Assembly (NCBI GenBank): GCA_016184305.1
Contig: JACPCX010000181.1
Location: 1-44,077, forward strand
Origin: Candidatus Rokuibacteriota bacterium
GTDB lineage: Bacteria > Methylomirabilota > Methylomirabilia > Rokubacteriales > CSP1-6
Direction: 5' to 3'
Length of the DNA: 44,077 nt
Positions 26,736 to 37,143 of the stretch are shown here, piece by piece. The position numbers and the translations under genes were made by a program. The first letter of the stretch is position 1. The number at the start of each line of letters is the position of its first letter. Under the pieces are notes generated by a model that saw nothing but the letters and a program-made list of their open reading frames with translations, did no database searches and had not been told where the DNA came from.

Positions 26736-27953
26736 ATGCCAAACCACCCAAAGCGGGCCTTTCACATCGCCTCCGAAGCCGAGATCAAGGCTGGCGAGGT
26801 GTCCGACGTCTACTTCGCGCGCACCGTCCAGATCCTCAAGGCCCGGGGCCTCAACAGGCGCGTCAAGGCCGAGATCCGCCTGAAGAGCTTTCCGCAGGCC
26901 GACTGGTCCTTCGGCATCCTGGCGGGGATCGAGGAGGCGGCCACCCTGCTCGAAGGCCTCCCCGTGAATGTGTGGGCGATGGACGAGGGGACCATGTTCG
27001 CCCCCTACGAGCCGGTGCTGGTGGTCGAGGGGACCTACACCGAGTGGGCCGAGTACGAGACCGCCCTCCTTGGCTTTCTCTGCCAGGCCTCCGGCATCGC
27101 CACCAAGGCCGCCCGCTGCAAGCGCGCCGCAGGCGAGCGCCAGGTCATCTCCTTCGGCGCGCGGCGCATGCACCCGGCGCTGGCTCCCATGATCGAGCGA
27201 AACGCCTTCATCGGCGGCTGCGACGGCGTGGCCGTGACCAAGGCCGCCGAGCTGATCGACGCCGACCCCATGGGGACCATCCCGCACGCCCTCGTGCTCA
27301 TGTTCGGCGACACCGTGGAGGCCCTCCGCGCCTTCCATGAGGTGGTGGACCCGAAGGTGCGCCGCGTGGCCCTCATCGACACGCTCCAGGACGAGAAGTT
27401 CGAGGCCATCCGCGTCGCCGAGGCGCTCGGGAAGGACCTCTACGCCGTCCGGCTCGACACGCCGTCCTCGCGGCGCGGCGACTTCTTCCGGATCCTCGAT
27501 GAGGTGCGGTGGGAGCTGGATTTCCGCGGCTTCGACCACGTGAAGATCCTCGCCTCCGGCGGCATCGACGAGTACGAGATCCTCAAGCTCAACCCGCTGG
27601 TGGACGGCTACGGGGTCGGCACCGCCATCGCCAATGCTCCGGCGCTCTCCTTCGCGCTCGACATCATGGAGATCGAGGGTCGGCCCATGGCCAAGCGCGG
27701 CAAGCGCTCGGGCGCCAAGCAGGTGTGGCGCCTGCCCGGCTCCGTCCAGAACACGGTCCTGCCCGCCCACAAGCCCGCCCCCATGGGCGCGGACGGCCGC
27801 CCCGCCGAGGGCCTTCTCAAGCCCCTCATCGCCTCGGGCCGCCTCGTGCGCGATCTGCCGCCACCCCGGAGCATCCGCGAGTACGTGCTGGAGCAGATGC
27901 TCCGGATCGACATCGACGCCTCCCGGGAGCGGGGCCTTCGCGGGGATTACTGA
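26736..27953 (+). CDS. pncB: Nicotinate phosphoribosyltransferase
   Basis: SDVYF, SGIATKA, SFGARRMHP, GTIPHAL, VRLDTP, ASGGIDE and YGVGT. Confidence 0.88.
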   Translation: MPNHPKRAFHIASEAEIKAGEVSDVYFARTVQILKARGLNRRVKAEIRLKSFPQADWSFGILAGIEEAATLLEGLPVNVWAMDEGTMFAPYEPVLVVEGTYTEWAEYETALLGFLCQASGIATKAARCKRAAGERQVISFGARRMHPALAPMIERNAFIGGCDGVAVTKAAELIDADPMGTIPHALVLMFGDTVEALRAFHEVVDPKVRRVALIDTLQDEKFEAIRVAEALGKDLYAVRLDTPSSRRGDFFRILDEVRWELDFRGFDHVKILASGGIDEYEILKLNPLVDGYGVGTAIANAPALSFALDIMEIEGRPMAKRGKRSGAKQVWRLPGSVQNTVLPAHKPAPMGADGRPAEGLLKPLIASGRLVRDLPPPRSIREYVLEQMLRIDIDASRERGLRGDY

Positions 27954-27969
27954 GAGCGGGGCCCGCGGC

Positions 27970-28842
27970 ATGGGCGTCCTGGATGAGATCGTGTCCCATA
28001 AGCGCGCCGAGGTGGCCAGCCGCCGCGCCGCCCGCCCGGTGAGCGGCCTCGAGTCAGCCAGCCGGGCCCTCCCTCCCGCGAAGGATTTCGAGGGGGCGCT
28101 GCGCCCGGCCGCGGGCGCGCGCGTCACGCTCATCGCGGAGGTGAAGCGAGCCTCCCCGTCCCGGGGCGTGCTGAACGCCGCGCTCGATCCCGCCGCCCAG
28201 GGGCGGGCCTATGCCGCCGCCGGGGCCGCCGCGCTCTCCGTTCTCACCGACGAGAAGTACTTCCACGGGACCCTCGACGATCTCGTGGCCGTCCGCGCCG
28301 CCGTCTCGCTGCCCGTGCTCCGCAAGGAATTCATCGTGGACGAGTACCAGCTCTGGGAGTCCAGGGCCGCGGGCGCCGACGCCGTGCTCCTCATCGTGGC
28401 CGCCGTCGGCGCGGGCGCCCTCCGGGATCTGTTCCAGGCGGCCAAGGGCATCGGGCTCGGCACGCTCGTGGAGGCTCACACGGCCCGCGAAGTCGAGGAG
28501 GCGCTGGCGGTGGGCGCGCAGGTGGTCGGCATCAACAACCGCGACCTCCAGACGCTCGAGACGGAGGTGGCCACCTCCGTGGCCCTGCTGTCGATGATCC
28601 CGGCGGGCTGCGTAGCAGTGAGCGAGAGCGGCATCTTCACACGCGAGGACGTCCAGCGCGTCGTGGCGGCCGGCGCGCACGCGATCCTGGTGGGTGAGGC
28701 GCTCGTGCGGGCGGCGGATGTCGCCGCCAAGGTCCGCGAGCTGACGCTCCGGCCCCCTCACCCTGCCCTCTCCTTCTCGGGTGGAGAGGATCAAGGACGT
28801 CCCGCCCCACCCCCTCTCCCCCAGGGGGAGAGGGCAGGGTGA
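27970..28842 (+). CDS. trpC: Indole-3-glycerol phosphate synthase (C-terminus extended by a repeat)
   Basis: IAEVKRASPSRG, SVLTDEKYFHG, PVLRKEFI, GINNRDL, VSESGI and ILVGEAL. Confidence 0.95.
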   Translation: MGVLDEIVSHKRAEVASRRAARPVSGLESASRALPPAKDFEGALRPAAGARVTLIAEVKRASPSRGVLNAALDPAAQGRAYAAAGAAALSVLTDEKYFHGTLDDLVAVRAAVSLPVLRKEFIVDEYQLWESRAAGADAVLLIVAAVGAGALRDLFQAAKGIGLGTLVEAHTAREVEEALAVGAQVVGINNRDLQTLETEVATSVALLSMIPAGCVAVSESGIFTREDVQRVVAAGAHAILVGEALVRAADVAAKVRELTLRPPHPALSFSGGEDQGRPAPPPLPQGERAG

Positions 28843-28847
28843 GGGGG
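28753..28847. repeat. Composite palindromic element with perfect 21-bp terminal inverted repeats
   Basis: CCCCCTCACCCTGCCCTCTCC (28753-28773) and GGAGAGGGCAGGGTGAGGGGG (28827-28847); two internal CCTCTCC..GGAGAGG hairpins; contains the trpC stop codon. Confidence 0.85.
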
Positions 28848-28856
28848 GTGTCTCGG

Positions 28857-29486
28857 ATGATCCGGATCAAGATTTGCGGGATCACCAGCGCCGAGGACGC
28901 CCGGCTCTGCTGGGAGGCGGGGGCTGATGCGCTGGGATTCATCTTCGTGGAAGGGACGCCACGCCATGTGACGCCGGCCCAGGCCGCCGCGATCATCGCG
29001 GGTCTCCCCCCATTCGTGACCCCGGTGGGCGTGTTCTGGGATCATGCCACGGGCCATGTCAAGGCCGTGGCCGAGGAGTGCGGGCTCGGGGCGCTGCAGT
29101 TTCACGGCGACGAGGCGCCGGAGGACCTCGACGGCTACCGGCTCCCGACAATCAAGGCGATCAAGGTGGACGGGCCGGAGGCGCTCCGCCGCATGGCAGG
29201 CTACCGGGTGTCGGCCTTCCTCCTGGACTCGCCAGCGCGCTGGAGCGAGGGCGAGGCCCGCCCCCCGATCTCCTGGGAGCTGGCCCGTCAGGCGCGGGAG
29301 GCCGGGCGGCGCATCATTCTCTCGGCCGGGCTCACCGCCGACAATGTCGCCGAGGCCGTGTGCGCCGCCACGCCGTATGCGGTGGACGTGAACTCGGGCG
29401 TGGAGAGGCAGCCGGGCCGGAAGGACCCCGACAAGGTGCGCCGCTTCATCGCCAGCGCATTGGGCGCCTGGCCGGGTCAGCCATGA
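28857..29486 (+). CDS. trpF: Phosphoribosylanthranilate isomerase
   Basis: [23 protein letters not shown] and VDVNSGVE...KD. Confidence 0.95.
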   Translation: MIRIKICGITSAEDARLCWEAGADALGFIFVEGTPRHVTPAQAAAIIAGLPPFVTPVGVFWDHATGHVKAVAEECGLGALQFHGDEAPEDLDGYRLPTIKAIKVDGPEALRRMAGYRVSAFLLDSPARWSEGEARPPISWELARQAREAGRRIILSAGLTADNVAEAVCAATPYAVDVNSGVERQPGRKDPDKVRRFIASALGAWPGQP

Positions 29487-30718
29487 GATCCGCAATGACG
29501 GCCGCGAGGCTGAACCCTGCCGCGCTCCCGGACGCCGCCGGCCACTTCGGCCGCTTCGGCGGGCGCTTCGTCCCCGAGACGCTCATGGCGCCGCTCATCG
29601 AGCTCGAGCGGGCCTACCGCGCGAATTGCGCCGATGCCCGCTTCCGGCTCCGGCTCCAGGGTCTCCTCATCCATTACGCCGGCCGGCCGACGCCGCTCTA
29701 CTTCGCCGAGCGGCTGACGCGAGCCTGCGGCGGGGCGCGCATCTTCCTCAAGCGCGAGGACCTCTGCCACACGGGCGCGCACAAGATCAACAACGTGCTC
29801 GGGCAGGCGCTCCTGGCCACCCGCATGGGCAAGAAGCGGATCATCGCGGAGACCGGCGCGGGTCAGCACGGGGTGGCCTCGGCCACGGCGGCCGCGCTTT
29901 TCGGGCTCCCCTGCGAGGTGTACATGGGCAGCGTGGACATCGAGCGCCAGGCGCTCAACGTCTTCCGCATGAAGCTCCTCGGGGCGACCGTGATCCCGGT
30001 GGAGTCGGGCTCCCGCACGCTCAAGGACGCGGTGAACGAGGCGCTCCGGGACTGGGTGACCAATGTCCGCAACACCTACTACCTCCTGGGCTCGGCCATG
30101 GGGCCGCACCCGTACCCGATGATGGTGCGCGATTTCCAGCGGGTGATCGGCGAGGAAGCGCGAGCCCAGTCGCGGACCCTCACCGGCCGGCTGCCGGACC
30201 TGGTGGTGGCCTGCGTCGGGGGCGGCTCCAACGCCATCGGCCTGTTCTGGCCCTTCATCAAGGACCGCGCTGTTCGCATCGTGGGCGTGGAGGCGGGCGG
30301 CCACGGCCTGCAGAGCGGCAAGCACGGCGCCTCTCTCGGGGCGGGCGCGGTCGGCGTGCTGCACGGGAGCATGAGCTACGTGCTCCAGAACGACGACGGG
30401 CAGGTCGCCGAGGCCCACTCGATCTCGGCGGGCCTCGACTACCCCGGGGTCGGCCCCGAGCACGCCTACTACCGCGACCTCGGCCGGTTCCAGTACGCCT
30501 CCATCACGGACGCGGAGGCGCTGGAGGCGTTCCAGACGCTGGCGCGGCTCGAGGGACTGATGCCGGCGCTGGAGTCGGCCCACGCCGTGGCCTATGCCGT
30601 GCAGGCCGCCCGGCAGATGAAGAAGAGCGAGACGGTCGTGGTCGGGCTGTCGGGGCGTGGCGACAAGGACGTCCACACCATCGCCGCCGCCCTCGACCGA
30701 ACCAACGGCCACCCGTGA
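29483..30718 (+). CDS. trpB: Tryptophan synthase beta chain
   Basis: [58 protein letters not shown] and LSGRGDKD. Confidence 0.97.
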   Translation: MRSAMTAARLNPAALPDAAGHFGRFGGRFVPETLMAPLIELERAYRANCADARFRLRLQGLLIHYAGRPTPLYFAERLTRACGGARIFLKREDLCHTGAHKINNVLGQALLATRMGKKRIIAETGAGQHGVASATAAALFGLPCEVYMGSVDIERQALNVFRMKLLGATVIPVESGSRTLKDAVNEALRDWVTNVRNTYYLLGSAMGPHPYPMMVRDFQRVIGEEARAQSRTLTGRLPDLVVACVGGGSNAIGLFWPFIKDRAVRIVGVEAGGHGLQSGKHGASLGAGAVGVLHGSMSYVLQNDDGQVAEAHSISAGLDYPGVGPEHAYYRDLGRFQYASITDAEALEAFQTLARLEGLMPALESAHAVAYAVQAARQMKKSETVVVGLSGRGDKDVHTIAAALDRTNGHP

Positions 30719-31509
30719 GCAGACTCCAGGGGACCTTCGAGAGGCTCCGCGCGCGCGGCGAGCGGGCGCTGATCGCGTACTTCACCGCGGGCGACCCGTC
30801 GCTGGCCCTCACCGGCAAGCTGGTCGCCGAGGCGGCGCGCCAGGGGGCGGACATCATCGAGCTGGGCATCCCGTTCTCGGACCCGCTGGCCGATGGCCCG
30901 GTGATCCAGCGGGCGACGCAGCGCGCGCTCCAGGCCGGGGTGACGCTGCCGCGGGTGCTGGAGCTGGTGCGCGAGCTCCGGGGCGAGGTGTCGGTGCCCC
31001 TCGTCTTCCTGACCTACTACAATCCCGTGTTCGCCTTCGGGCTCAAGGCCTTCTGCCACACGGCGGTGGAGGCCGGCGTGGACGGCGTGATCGTGGCCGA
31101 TCTGCCGCCCGAGGAGGCCGGGCCGCTCCAGGCCGAAGCCCGCCCGGCAGGGCTCGACCTCATCCACCTCGTGGCGCCCACCTCGACGCCGGCGCGAATG
31201 CGGAGGATCGCGCGGGCCAGCAGCGGATTCATCTACATGGTCTCGCTCACCGGGGTCACCGGGGAGCGGACTGAGCTGCCGTCCGATCTCCTCCAGCACC
31301 TGCGGGCGCTCCGCGGCATCACCACCAAGCCGGTGTGCGTCGGCTTCGGCATCGGCAACCCGGAGCAGGCCGCCGTGGTGGGCCGCTTCGCCGACGGCGT
31401 CATCGTGGGCTCAGCGATCGTGCGAGTGGTCGAGGAGCACGCCGGCTCCCCGGCGCTCATCCCCGAGGTCGGCCGCTTCATCGCCGCCCTCAAGGCCCCC
31501 CTCCGATGA
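30715..31509 (+). CDS. trpA: Tryptophan synthase alpha chain
   Basis: GTG start overlapping the trpB stop; [26 protein letters not shown] and VGFGI. Confidence 0.96.
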   Translation: MSRLQGTFERLRARGERALIAYFTAGDPSLALTGKLVAEAARQGADIIELGIPFSDPLADGPVIQRATQRALQAGVTLPRVLELVRELRGEVSVPLVFLTYYNPVFAFGLKAFCHTAVEAGVDGVIVADLPPEEAGPLQAEARPAGLDLIHLVAPTSTPARMRRIARASSGFIYMVSLTGVTGERTELPSDLLQHLRALRGITTKPVCVGFGIGNPEQAAVVGRFADGVIVGSAIVRVVEEHAGSPALIPEVGRFIAALKAPLR

Positions 31510-31513
31510 CTGC

Positions 31514-31654
31514 GGGGTCAGGTCTTGCAATCCGACACGTAGCCCCGGCCGCACCGCGGCTGCGCTCCAGGCGGTACACGGTCACCCGTGCTCTGACCCA
31601 TGTCGCAAGGCAAGACCGCCCCCATGCCGATGTCGTAATGCAAGACCTGACCCC
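31514..31654. repeat. REP/MITE-like element with 24-bp terminal inverted repeats
   Basis: GGGGTCAGGTCTTGCAATCCGACA and TGTCGTAATGCAAGACCTGACCCC (outer 16 bp perfect, 22/24 overall); degenerate third copy at 31601-31623. Confidence 0.85.
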
Positions 31655-31662
31655 ATAGCGCC

Positions 31663-32523
31663 ATGGCGTGGTTCTGGAAGAAGAAGGAAGGGGAGGAGCG
31701 GCCCACGAAGGTCCAGATCGCCGAGGGGCTATGGATCAAGTGCGACTCGTGCAAGGAGATCGTCTACCGCGCCGAGGTGGACCGCGCCGGCCGCGTCTGC
31801 CCTCGCTGCCGCTACCCCTTCAGGATCTCGGCGCGGGAGCGTATCGCCTCCCTGGTGGACGAGGGCTCCTTCGAGGAGCGCGACGCGCGGCTCACCGCGC
31901 GGGACCCGCTGGAGTTCAAGGACACCAAGAAGTACACGGACCGCGTCAAGGCGGCGAAGAAGGCGACGGGCCTCGAGGAGGCCGTGCTGAGCGGCACGGC
32001 GCGCATCGGGGGCCACCCGCTGGTCCTCGCCGTGTTCGAGTTCGGCTTCATGGGGGGCAGCATGGCCTCCGTGGTCGGGGAGAAGCTGACGCGGGCCATC
32101 GAGCTCGCCATCCAGAAGCGGATCCCGCTCGTGATCGTGTCCGCCTCGGGCGGAGCGCGGATGCAGGAGGGGATCCTGTCCCTCATGCAGATGGCCAAGA
32201 CCGCGGCCGCGCTCCACCGTCTGGCCGGGGAGCGGTTGCCGTACATCTCGCTCCTCACCGATCCGACCACCGGGGGTGTGACGGCCAGCTTCGCCATGCT
32301 CGGCGACGTCATCATGGCCGAGCCGCGCGCCCTGATCGGGTTCGCGGGCCCGCGCGTGATCGCCGAGACCATCCGCCAGCCCTTGCCCGAAGGCTTCCAG
32401 CGCTCCGAGTTCCTCCTCCAGCACGGGCAGCTCGACCTGGTGGTCGAGCGGCGCGAGCTGCGGGAGACGCTCCGGGTTGTCCTCGCCTTCTTCGCCGGCC
32501 CGCCCTCCCAGCCCGCTCCATGA
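31663..32523 (+). CDS. accD: Acetyl-CoA carboxylase carboxyltransferase beta subunit
   Basis: LWIKCDSC..CPRC zinc finger, FMGGSM, SGGARMQEG, PTTGGVTASFA and LPEGFQRSEFL. Confidence 0.97.
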   Translation: MAWFWKKKEGEERPTKVQIAEGLWIKCDSCKEIVYRAEVDRAGRVCPRCRYPFRISARERIASLVDEGSFEERDARLTARDPLEFKDTKKYTDRVKAAKKATGLEEAVLSGTARIGGHPLVLAVFEFGFMGGSMASVVGEKLTRAIELAIQKRIPLVIVSASGGARMQEGILSLMQMAKTAAALHRLAGERLPYISLLTDPTTGGVTASFAMLGDVIMAEPRALIGFAGPRVIAETIRQPLPEGFQRSEFLLQHGQLDLVVERRELRETLRVVLAFFAGPPSQPAP

Positions 32524-33824
32524 CCTACCGTGAGGCCGTCGCCCGCATCCTCGGCCTGCGCGGCGGGGAGATGGCGGGGATGCGGCCGGGACTCGCGCGC
32601 GTCCGCGCGCTGCTGGACGCCATCGGCAATCCCGAGCGCGCGGTGCGCATCGTCCAGGTGGGGGGCACCAATGGCAAGGGCTCCATCTCCGCCATGCTCG
32701 CGGCGATCCTCACGGCTGCGGGGCATCGCACGGGGCTCTACACATCTCCGCACCTCTGCTCGTTCCGGGAGCGCATCCGGGTGAACGGGCAGCCCATCCT
32801 GGAGGAAGACATGGCGGACGGTGTGGAAGCCCTCGGGACGCTGATCGCGCGGCTCGACGCCACGATGTTCGAGGCCGCCACCGCGCTGGCGCTCGACCAC
32901 TTCGCGCGCCGGTCCGTGGAGGTCGCCGTGCTGGAGGTGGGTCTCGGCGGCCGGCTGGACGCGACCACGGTCGGGCGGCCGGTGGTCGAGATCATCGCGC
33001 GCATCGACCACGACCACCAGGCGCAGCTCGGCCACACGCTCCCCGAGATCGCGGCGGAGAAGGGCCACATCATCAGGAGCGGGATCGCGTGCTCGGCCCG
33101 CCAGGAGCCTGAGGTGGCGCGGGTCCTCGCCCGGCGTGCCGCGGCCGTGGCCGTGCCGCTCCTGTGCGAGGGGAGAGAGCTTCACGTCTCGGTGGTTGGG
33201 GCGAGTCTCGAGGGGCAGCGCCTCGACCTGAGCGGCCCCGGCTGGCGTCTCGACGACGTTGTCTGCGCGCTCCTGGGCGTGTTCCAGCCGGGCAATGCGC
33301 TACTCGCCGCGGCCGCCGCCCGCGCCCTCGGGGTGGGGGAGGCGGCCATCCGCGACGGACTCGGCGGCGTTCGGTGGCCGGGGCGCTTCCAGGTCCTGGG
33401 ACGCGACCCGGTGCTCGTGCTCGACGGTGCCCACAACCCCGGAGGCGCCCGCGCCCTCGCTGCCTCCCTCCGGGCCTATTTCCCCGGGCAGCCCATCACC
33501 TTCGTCATCGGCATCTCGGCCGACAAGGATCAGGTGGGGATCCTCGAGGCCCTGGCGCCGCAGGCCTCCCGGCTCATCCTCACCGCGGCCGCGCATCCCC
33601 GGGCGGCCGCACCCGAGGGCCTCGCCACGGCGGCCGCGAGCCTGAACCCTCCCCCGGGCTGGACCATCGAGACGGCCGCCGCGAGCTCCGAAGCCCTATC
33701 CCTGGCCATGGCGGCGCCCAGGACCCCCATAATCTGTGTGGCAGGCTCCCTCTTCCTGATCGGCGAAGTGCTCGCCCAGCGCCCGGAAACTCCCGATATT
33801 CTTTGCGGTCTTGAGCGCGGCTGA
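32520..33824 (+). CDS. folC: Folylpolyglutamate synthase/dihydrofolate synthase
   Basis: GTNGKGS, YTSPHL, RERI, EVGLGGRLDAT, WPGRFQ, LDGAHN and GSLFLIGE. Confidence 0.95.
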   Translation: MTYREAVARILGLRGGEMAGMRPGLARVRALLDAIGNPERAVRIVQVGGTNGKGSISAMLAAILTAAGHRTGLYTSPHLCSFRERIRVNGQPILEEDMADGVEALGTLIARLDATMFEAATALALDHFARRSVEVAVLEVGLGGRLDATTVGRPVVEIIARIDHDHQAQLGHTLPEIAAEKGHIIRSGIACSARQEPEVARVLARRAAAVAVPLLCEGRELHVSVVGASLEGQRLDLSGPGWRLDDVVCALLGVFQPGNALLAAAAARALGVGEAAIRDGLGGVRWPGRFQVLGRDPVLVLDGAHNPGGARALAASLRAYFPGQPITFVIGISADKDQVGILEALAPQASRLILTAAAHPRAAAPEGLATAAASLNPPPGWTIETAAASSEALSLAMAAPRTPIICVAGSLFLIGEVLAQRPETPDILCGLERG

Positions 33825-33868
33825 TAGCATGGAAGTCCGGCCCAGAGCGGGCCCGCCGAGACATCCCG

Positions 33869-36034
33869 ATGCCGCCCATACCTTTGCGTCTGTCGTTCGG
33901 TAGCACCCTCCTCGCGCTGGCTCTGTCCCTGGTTCTGGCCGTTCCCGCGACCGTCTCGGCGCAGCAGGCTCCGCTCACGCTGCGGGAGGAGGGGGGCGAG
34001 GTCAATATCCTGGCCGACAGCATCCAGCAGGTCGGGGGGACCACGAATCTCCTGATCGCGATCGGCGGCGTGGAGATCACCCGCGGAGCGACGCGCCTCC
34101 TGGCCGATCGCGTCGAGCTCAACCGCGACACCGGCGAGGCGGTCGCCCAGGGCAAGGTCATCTTCTTTGATGGCGAGGACAGGCTGGTGGGCGAGCGCAT
34201 CGACTACAACCTCAAGACGGGGACGGGGGTCGTCTACCACGGCTCGGCCTTCTCGGCGCCCTACTACTCGATAACCGGGGAGCGCATGGACCGGATCGGT
34301 GACGGGGTCTACCAGATCCGTCAGGGCGTCTTCACCACCTGCGAGGGCGACGAGCCCGACTGGTCCTTCAAGGTGGGCTCGGCCACCGCCGACCTCAACG
34401 AGCTGATCTACGGCCGCGACGCCTCGTTCTGGGTGGGCAAGGTGCCGCTGATCCCATGGGTGCCCTACTTCGCCGCCGCCATCCGGCGGGAGCGGCAGTC
34501 CGGCTTCCTCTTCCCGCAGGCCGGCATGTCCAGCAAGAAGGGGCTGTTCGCCAAGGTCCCCTACTTCTGGGCCATCAGCGATAGCCAGGACGCCACGGTC
34601 ACCCTCGAGACCTACACCAAGCGCGGCGTCGGGGTCGAGGGCGAGTACCGCTACACTCTGTCCGAGCAGCAGCGCGGGAGGGCGCACGGCTTCTTCATCC
34701 GCGAGAGCTGGCGGGAGACCCGGGACCGGCCGGACACGCCCAACGGCGAGGATCGCGGGGTTCTCTCCTTCAGCCACGACTGGCAGATCACGCCGCGGAC
34801 GGCGTTCAAGGTCGACGCCCATGTCACCTCCGACGACTTCGTCCGGCGCGAGTATGGGGACGGACTCCACGAACGCACCAGCCAGCGCGCCGAGACCAAT
34901 GTCTTCCTCTCCCATCGGTGGGATGCCTGGAGCCTCGTGGGCAATATCCTGTGGTACCAGGATCTGACCACCCCGCGCCCGGTGGAGCTGCAGCGGGTGC
35001 CCGAGATCCGGCTGCAGGGCCTTCGCCAGCCGGTCCCGGGGTTGCCCGGGCTTCTCTACGAGGTGGAGTCCTCCTACACCCAGTTCGTCCGCGTGGTCGG
35101 GCCCGAGGGCCCGCGGCTCGATCTCCATCCGCGCGTCTTCCTGCCGGTGCCCGTGGCGGGGCTCTTCACGCTGACGCCGTTCCTGGGCGGTCGCGCGACC
35201 TACTACGACCAGCGGGTGGTCGGGGAGCGGATCGCCCGCGTGGGCGGGGTGGGCGTGCAGGAGAGTGTCTCGGATGACCGGATCCGGCGGCAGGCCGAGG
35301 GCGGGATCGAGGCGGAATCCCGCGTCTCGCGTGTCTTCGACATGGGCGGGGCGGGCGGGCTCGCCGCCGTCCAGCACCTCATCGAGCCCCGGGCCACCTG
35401 GCTCGAGATCCGCGGCGAGGAGCAGAAGGCGCTGCCCCAGTACGATCCCAACATCGACAAGATCGGCAAGGTGAGCCAGGTCACGTACTCGGTCACCAAC
35501 CGCATCAACGCCAAGACCGTCGCCGGCCCCAACCAGGAGGCCATGCGCTGGGAGATGGCCCGCCTCGTCCTGGGCCAGACCTACAACCTCCTGCCCGGTG
35601 CTGATCAGCCCTTCAAGGACCTCAAGGCCGACGTCCTGCTCAAGCCCAACGAGCATTTCGGGCTCCGGGGCGATGCGGCCTGGAACGTGTACGGCCTGGG
35701 CCTGCGCAGGGCCGGAGTCGGTGTGACAGGCAGCTACCGCGACGTCAGCGCGGGGGCGGGGACGCGCTTCGACGAGATCACGGGCTACCACACGGTGGAT
35801 GGGGACGTGGCGACCAAGATCAACCGCCACCTGGACGCTCACGCCGTTACCAGCTGGGACGTCAGCAAGGGCGTCTTCGTGGAGAACCGCTTCGGGCTCG
35901 ACATCCACTGGCAGTGCTGGGCGATCGCGCTCGAGTACATCGCCCGCCGCCAGAACGAGGACGAGGTGCGCTTCTCGGTGAACCTGCTGGGGCTGGGGCA
36001 GGTGGGCACGCGCACCGGCGCGGGCATCCGGTGA
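33869..36034 (+). CDS. lptD: LPS-assembly protein LptD (OstA domain and beta-barrel)
   Basis: Signal peptide, OstA-like N-terminus, FTTC, RQSGFLFP, VPYFWAI, HLIEP and C-terminal QCW. Confidence 0.88.
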   Translation: MPPIPLRLSFGSTLLALALSLVLAVPATVSAQQAPLTLREEGGEVNILADSIQQVGGTTNLLIAIGGVEITRGATRLLADRVELNRDTGEAVAQGKVIFFDGEDRLVGERIDYNLKTGTGVVYHGSAFSAPYYSITGERMDRIGDGVYQIRQGVFTTCEGDEPDWSFKVGSATADLNELIYGRDASFWVGKVPLIPWVPYFAAAIRRERQSGFLFPQAGMSSKKGLFAKVPYFWAISDSQDATVTLETYTKRGVGVEGEYRYTLSEQQRGRAHGFFIRESWRETRDRPDTPNGEDRGVLSFSHDWQITPRTAFKVDAHVTSDDFVRREYGDGLHERTSQRAETNVFLSHRWDAWSLVGNILWYQDLTTPRPVELQRVPEIRLQGLRQPVPGLPGLLYEVESSYTQFVRVVGPEGPRLDLHPRVFLPVPVAGLFTLTPFLGGRATYYDQRVVGERIARVGGVGVQESVSDDRIRRQAEGGIEAESRVSRVFDMGGAGGLAAVQHLIEPRATWLEIRGEEQKALPQYDPNIDKIGKVSQVTYSVTNRINAKTVAGPNQEAMRWEMARLVLGQTYNLLPGADQPFKDLKADVLLKPNEHFGLRGDAAWNVYGLGLRRAGVGVTGSYRDVSAGAGTRFDEITGYHTVDGDVATKINRHLDAHAVTSWDVSKGVFVENRFGLDIHWQCWAIALEYIARRQNEDEVRFSVNLLGLGQVGTRTGAGIR

Positions 36035-37131
36035 TCCCCCAGATCGACCTCACGCGCCAGCACGCGGCGCTGCGGGCCGAGCTGCTGGAGGCCGCCTCGC
36101 GCGTGCTCGCCTCGAGCTGGTTCATCCTGGGGCCCGAGGGCCGCGCGCTCGAGGACGAGCTGGCGGCCCTGTGCGAGGCCCGCCACGGGATCGGCGTCAA
36201 CTCGGGCACGGATGCCCTCGTGTTCGCCCTCAAGGCGGTGGGGGTCCGGCCCGGCGACGAGGTGATCACCTCCGCTTTCTCCTTCGTGGCCTCGGGGAGC
36301 ACCATCGCGCTCTGCGGGGCGCGGCCCGTCTTCGTGGACGTGGACCCTGGCACGCTCAACCTCGACCCGGCGCTCGTCGAGAAGGCCATCACGCCGCGCA
36401 CGCGCGCCATCGTCCCCGTCCACCTCTACGGCCAGCCCGCCGCCATGGACGCCTTCACCGCCATCGCCTCGGCACGAGGGATCGCGGTGATCGCCGATGC
36501 CGCCCAGGCCGTGGGCGCCACCTACGACGGCCGGGGCGTGGGGGCCTGGGGCGATGCCGCATGCCTGTCGTTCTACCCGACCAAGAACCTCGGGGCATGC
36601 GGCGACGGGGGCATGGTGCTCACCGCGCGCGAGGACGTGGCCGAGCGGGTGAAACGGCTCCGGGACCACGGCTCGCTCCGGAAGTACGAGCACCTGGAGC
36701 TGGGGCACTCGAGCCGGCTCGACGAGTTGCAGGCCGCCTTTCTCCGCGTCAAGCTCCGGCGCTTGCCCGAATGGAACGCGACGCGCCGCCGACTGGCCGA
36801 CGGCTACCGGGCGCTGCTGGACGGGCTGCCGCTCACGCTTCCGGTGGAGCGCCCGCCGGCGCGGCACATCTACCACCAGTTCACGGTCCGCTCGGCGCAA
36901 CGGGACGCGCTCGCGCGAGGGCTTGCGGATCTCGGGGTTGGGACGGCGATCCACTACCCGACGATCCTGCCCGCCCAGCCGCTGTTTCGCGAGCCCGAGG
37001 CCGAGGCCGCCTTCCCCGCGGCCGCCCGCGCGGCACGCGAGGTCCTGTCGCTGCCCTGCTTCCCCGAGCTCAGCGACGAGGAGCTGCGAACCGTGGCGGC
37101 CGCCGTCAGGACGGCCCTCTCTGGCCTGTAG
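36031..37131 (+). CDS. DegT/DnrJ/EryC1/StrS PLP-dependent nucleotide-sugar aminotransferase
   Basis: GTG start overlapping the lptD stop; NSGTDAL, PVHLYGQ, DAAQA, SFYPTKNLGACGDGG and SRLDELQAA. Confidence 0.93.
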   Translation: MIPQIDLTRQHAALRAELLEAASRVLASSWFILGPEGRALEDELAALCEARHGIGVNSGTDALVFALKAVGVRPGDEVITSAFSFVASGSTIALCGARPVFVDVDPGTLNLDPALVEKAITPRTRAIVPVHLYGQPAAMDAFTAIASARGIAVIADAAQAVGATYDGRGVGAWGDAACLSFYPTKNLGACGDGGMVLTAREDVAERVKRLRDHGSLRKYEHLELGHSSRLDELQAAFLRVKLRRLPEWNATRRRLADGYRALLDGLPLTLPVERPPARHIYHQFTVRSAQRDALARGLADLGVGTAIHYPTILPAQPLFREPEAEAAFPAAARAAREVLSLPCFPELSDEELRTVAAAVRTALSGL

Positions 37132-37143
37132 TGTGGGGTTGGC

